64,000 nt of DNA from Alphaproteobacteria bacterium. Lineage in GTDB: Bacteria; Pseudomonadota; Alphaproteobacteria; RF32; CAG-239. Position 1 is the first letter of the stretch, and each line of letters opens with the position of its first letter. The notes below the pieces were generated by a model. The model was given only the letters and a program-made list of their open reading frames with translations. It was not told the origin of the DNA and ran no database searches. The DNA lies in the NCBI GenBank assembly GCA_045597005.1, contig JAZODJ010000028.1, positions 12,768 through 76,767 on the forward strand, read 5' to 3'. The translations under genes were made by a program, and so were the position numbers. Of this stretch, positions 60,743 through 64,000 are shown in pieces.

Positions 60743-61465
60743 TTATTTTGCTGCATCAATAGCTTCTTGAATAACATTTGCATCAAGTGTTTGCAAAATT
60801 TTGTTATTGAATACCAATGTCGGTACACCGCCAACTTGGATTTTGCCGGCTAATTCAGTAACAGCATTCAATGTTTCTTGAACTTTTGCTGACTTCATAT
60901 CTTCTTTCAATTTTGCCATATCAACACCTGTTGCAGCAACGATTTCATCAATTTTACCTTCGTTAAGTCTGCCTTCAGCTTCAAACAAACCTGCATAAAC
61001 TTCAGCAAATTTACCTTGTTCTGCAGCAGCCAAAGCAGCTTCGGCAGCATATTTAGAAGCCGGAGACAAGAAAGCCATCGGCTTAGCTACAATTTTAACA
61101 TCCGGATTCTTAGCTGCAACTTCTTTCAAAGCCGGATAAATTTTGTGGCAATATCCGCAAGAAAAATCAAAGAATTCAACCAAAACAAGCTTACCTTCCG
61201 GATTAGCAATAACCCCATCACCGGCGCGATTATACAATTCTTCAGCACTTGCTTTGATATTTGCTTCAACAGCCTTCATAGCTTCTTCTCTTTGTTTTGC
61301 ATCATATGCTTGCATTGCATTGAAAACAATTTCCGGTTTTTCCATCAAAGCTTTTTCAACACTAACTTCAGCACCACCTTTGCAATTTACCAATGACATA
61401 ACCAAAGCCGCTACTGCAACGACCAAAGCTGCCAAAGATACATAAACAGCATTAATTTTACTCAT
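60743..61465 (-). CDS. DsbA-family thiol:disulfide oxidoreductase
   Basis: 240 aa, N-terminal anchor; FFDFSCGYCHK CxxC motif. Confidence 0.85.
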   Translation of the reverse strand: MSKINAVYVSLAALVVAVAALVMSLVNCKGGAEVSVEKALMEKPEIVFNAMQAYDAKQREEAMKAVEANIKASAEELYNRAGDGVIANPEGKLVLVEFFDFSCGYCHKIYPALKEVAAKNPDVKIVAKPMAFLSPASKYAAEAALAAAEQGKFAEVYAGLFEAEGRLNEGKIDEIVAATGVDMAKLKEDMKSAKVQETLNAVTELAGKIQVGGVPTLVFNNKILQTLDANVIQEAIDAAK

Positions 61466-61622
61466 TTTCTCTTCCTTATAAATATTATAATATTTTTAAA
61501 AAACACCATTATATTAATCAATCAAAATATTTTTACAAGATAAAAATAAATCTTATTGATAATATAAGAAATATAGTTCATAAATAAACCTATCAGCAAA
61601 AAAAATAACTATAGGATATAAA

Positions 61623-62282
61623 ATGTTCAATATACATATTTCATTATTGTCAAAAACTAAAGCTCTCGAAAACGAAATAGATTCGTTTCATGATAAACTT
61701 ATAGATGCCTCTTTAACCTTTAGTAAGGCAATAAAAACCTATCTTAAAGAACAAAAATGCGAAGAATTTAAGAAATATTCCAAACAAATAAAAAAGATTG
61801 AACACGATGCCGACAAGCTTCGTCGCAACATTGAAAGCAAACTCTATTCACATAACCTGATTCCCGATTTGCGTGCCGATGTTTTAAAATTAGTTGAAAA
61901 TCTTGATAAAGTAATCAACAAACTTGATGAGATAGTATATATGTTTTACGCAGAATGTCCCAAAATTCCGGAAGAATATAAAAGCTCATTCAATGAGCTT
62001 AGCAAGTTGAGTTCTGATTGCGCCGAAAATATGTGCAAAGCATCGCGAGCCTTTTTCAGAGATTTAACAACCGTTCGCGATTACTCTCAAAAAGTCTATT
62101 TTATTGAACATGAATCGGATGTATGTTCTCGCAAACTGTTGGAAGAAATTTTTGCCTCATCTAAACCTCTTGCCGAAAAACTTCAATTACGCTATTTTGT
62201 AAATGGTATAGCAGACATTGCTGATGAAGCCGAAGATTTTATTGATCAACTTTTAATTTTTGCCGTTAAGAGAGATATTTAA
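61623..62282 (+). CDS. DUF47 (PhoU-like) protein
   Basis: 219 aa helical; IEHDADKLRR and HESDVCSRKL repeats; precedes the PiT gene as in the conserved pair. Confidence 0.8.
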   Translation: MFNIHISLLSKTKALENEIDSFHDKLIDASLTFSKAIKTYLKEQKCEEFKKYSKQIKKIEHDADKLRRNIESKLYSHNLIPDLRADVLKLVENLDKVINKLDEIVYMFYAECPKIPEEYKSSFNELSKLSSDCAENMCKASRAFFRDLTTVRDYSQKVYFIEHESDVCSRKLLEEIFASSKPLAEKLQLRYFVNGIADIADEAEDFIDQLLIFAVKRDI

Positions 62283-63334
62283 TGGATCTGCTATTTCTGT
62301 TTTACATAAGCTCTGGCTTATTTCTCGGATGGTCACTAGGCGCCAGCGATGCTTCTAATATTTTCGGAACAGCCGTTGCTACAAAAATGATTCGTTTTAA
62401 AACTGCCGCCATAATCGGATCTGTTTTCATAATTATTGGCGCTGTTTATGCCGGAGCCGGAGGCGCTGCAACACTCGGAAAACTGGGGGCAATTAACACA
62501 CTACCCGGATCATTTATGGCCGCTCTGGCCTCTGCAATTGCCATATACTGGTCTGTCAAAATTTCCATGCCTGTATCCACATCTCAAGCTATTGTTGGAG
62601 CAATTATCGGTTGGAACTTTTATTCCGGATACCCGACAGATATAAATACTCTCACTCAAATCGTCGGAACATGGGTTATATGTCCGATTCTTGCCGGCAT
62701 AATATCAATAATCCTATACTCTCTAATCCAATTATATTGTCGCAAATCATGTATGCACCTAATCAGAAGAGACCAATACACTCGCATAGGTCTTATTTTG
62801 GCGGGCGCATTTGGTGCATATGCACTGGGAGCAAACAATATTGCTAATGTTATGGGGGTTTTTGTTTCATCCAGTCCTTTATCGCAACTGGAACTTCCGT
62901 TCGGATTAATTTTAAACAAAGCACAAATACTGTTTTTGCTTGGAGCAATCGCCATATCAGTTGGCATTTTCACTTACTCTCATAAGGTAATTCATACTAT
63001 CGGAAACGGTATAATGAAAATGTCTCCCCTGATGGCTTTTGTCGTGGTTATAGCCCAAGCTTTAGTATTATTTCTTTTTTCATCACAAGATTTATATAAC
63101 TTTCTTGAAAATCATAATTTACCCACAATACCCTTGGTTCCCGTCTCAAGTACACAAGCCGTTGTAGGGGCCGTAATAGGAATTGGGATAGCTAAAGGCG
63201 GTCGTTCCCTGAATTGGAGCATATTAGGAAAAATTGCAATAAGCTGGGTTCTAGCTCCTGTTATATCCGCCCTAATCTGCTATGTGTCTCTATTTTTCCT
63301 GCAAAATGTCTTTAACATGGTAGTATACAAATGA
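62282..63334 (+). CDS. PiT-family inorganic phosphate transporter
   Basis: 350 aa; GASDASNIFGTAVAT and GANNIANVMG PHO4 repeats. Confidence 0.9.
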   Translation: MDLLFLFYISSGLFLGWSLGASDASNIFGTAVATKMIRFKTAAIIGSVFIIIGAVYAGAGGAATLGKLGAINTLPGSFMAALASAIAIYWSVKISMPVSTSQAIVGAIIGWNFYSGYPTDINTLTQIVGTWVICPILAGIISIILYSLIQLYCRKSCMHLIRRDQYTRIGLILAGAFGAYALGANNIANVMGVFVSSSPLSQLELPFGLILNKAQILFLLGAIAISVGIFTYSHKVIHTIGNGIMKMSPLMAFVVVIAQALVLFLFSSQDLYNFLENHNLPTIPLVPVSSTQAVVGAVIGIGIAKGGRSLNWSILGKIAISWVLAPVISALICYVSLFFLQNVFNMVVYK

Positions 63335-63771
63335 AAATAACTATTTTAGCAATAGGAAAATGCAAAAAAAACTCACCGGAAGCAACCATAATTGAAGAAT
63401 ATGCCAAACGCTCTTCCTGGCAAATAATCATCAAAGAAAAAGATAATTCAACCCAAAAAGATGAAGCAGAATTTCTTATATCGTCGATTCCGTCCGGTGC
63501 AAAAATAATTGTCCTTGACGAAAGAGGGCTTAATCTTAAATCAACCGAACTGGCCGCAAAAATCGCAAATTGGCAACTCAACGGATGCTCTGAAATTTGC
63601 TTTCTCATAGGCGGAGCAGACGGACACATTCAATCAACACGTGACAAAGCCGATCTTCTTTTATCATTCGGAAAATTGACACTACCGCATATGCTTATGC
63701 GCGCTGTATTATCAGAACAAATATATCGCATTCAAACCATCATATCCGGCCACCCATACCACCGCGAATAA
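63331..63771 (+). CDS. rlmH: 23S rRNA (pseudouridine1915-N3)-methyltransferase
   Basis: 146 aa SPOUT; MKITILAIGK, FLIGGADGH, HMLMRAVLSEQIYR. Confidence 0.9.
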   Translation: MKITILAIGKCKKNSPEATIIEEYAKRSSWQIIIKEKDNSTQKDEAEFLISSIPSGAKIIVLDERGLNLKSTELAAKIANWQLNGCSEICFLIGGADGHIQSTRDKADLLLSFGKLTLPHMLMRAVLSEQIYRIQTIISGHPYHRE

Positions 63772-63840
63772 AACCGGTTGACAACAACATATTTTTTGTC
63801 TATTTTCATCCATAAACATAAACATTAAAAACAAATAATT

Positions 63841-64000
63841 ATGAACTATCAAAAAATTTGGGATATTTTGACCGGAAAGGCCAAAACCCAACAGGAAATT
63901 GAAACTTTTTTGCAAACACCCGATGGGACTGTTATTGCAAAATGCAACGAGGCAACAACAACGCCTTTTGTTTTCTTAAAAACTTTGAATATATATTTCA
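63841..64000 (+). CDS. hypothetical protein (N-terminal part; runs off window end)
   Basis: ATG 63841, open to the window end; MNYQKIWDILTGKAKTQQEIETFLQ; no clear SD, family not recognised. Confidence 0.3.
   Translation, partial: MNYQKIWDILTGKAKTQQEIETFLQTPDGTVIAKCNEATTTPFVFLKTLNIYF

Noticed and set aside
1-64000. CRISPR arrays, rRNA genes, IS elements/transposases, prophage structural genes
   Set aside because: I scanned for regularly spaced direct repeats, rRNA-like conserved stretches and transposase-like ORFs, and none was seen. The only repeats found are those listed in the features and findings.

Overview
Gene-dense, visibly A+T-rich bacterial chromosome segment. The conserved gene strings (miaB-phoH-ybeY-lnt; rimP-nusA-ylxR-infB; secY-adk-rpsM-rpsK-rpoA, with an [12 protein letters not shown]-type RpoA start) look alphaproteobacterial; this is an inference. 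Most of the window is housekeeping: tRNA modification (miaA, miaB, trmB, mnmA), cell envelope (ddl, murF, lnt, AmpG-like, LptF/G-like), transcription/translation (rimP, nusA, infB, lepA, def, nusB, rpoA, rpsK, rpsM, secY), C1/SAM metabolism (metK, folD, glyA), nrdR, gmk, cysK, rpiB, adk, gyrA, ftsH, DsbA, DUF47+PiT and rlmH. Two tRNA genes (Cys-GCA, Asn-GTT) lie at 39.2-39.4 kb. Accessory content sits in two places. (1) An integrase-less island of about 8 kb lies between tRNA-Asn and an exact 22-nt direct repeat of its 3' end (39398..47452). It carries a DUF4105/Lnb-like outer-membrane protein and two paralogous lipoproteins behind a structured leader with competing terminator/antiterminator helices. 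It also carries a small secreted Ada-like zinc protein, an AAA/DUF4143 ATPase, and a translationally coupled m5C-methyltransferase / nucleotidyltransferase-fold / DUF262 operon. That operon is my best candidate for an undescribed defence-type system. (2) A Pmp-repeat autotransporter (55.5-58.7 kb) has its promoter, SD, ATG and signal peptide disconnected from the body by a G9 tract, so it looks phase-variable and OFF as sequenced. No rRNA, CRISPR array, transposase or integrase gene was seen. All hairpin and repeat coordinates were derived by hand from the sequence. Family names come from motif recognition, not from searches.
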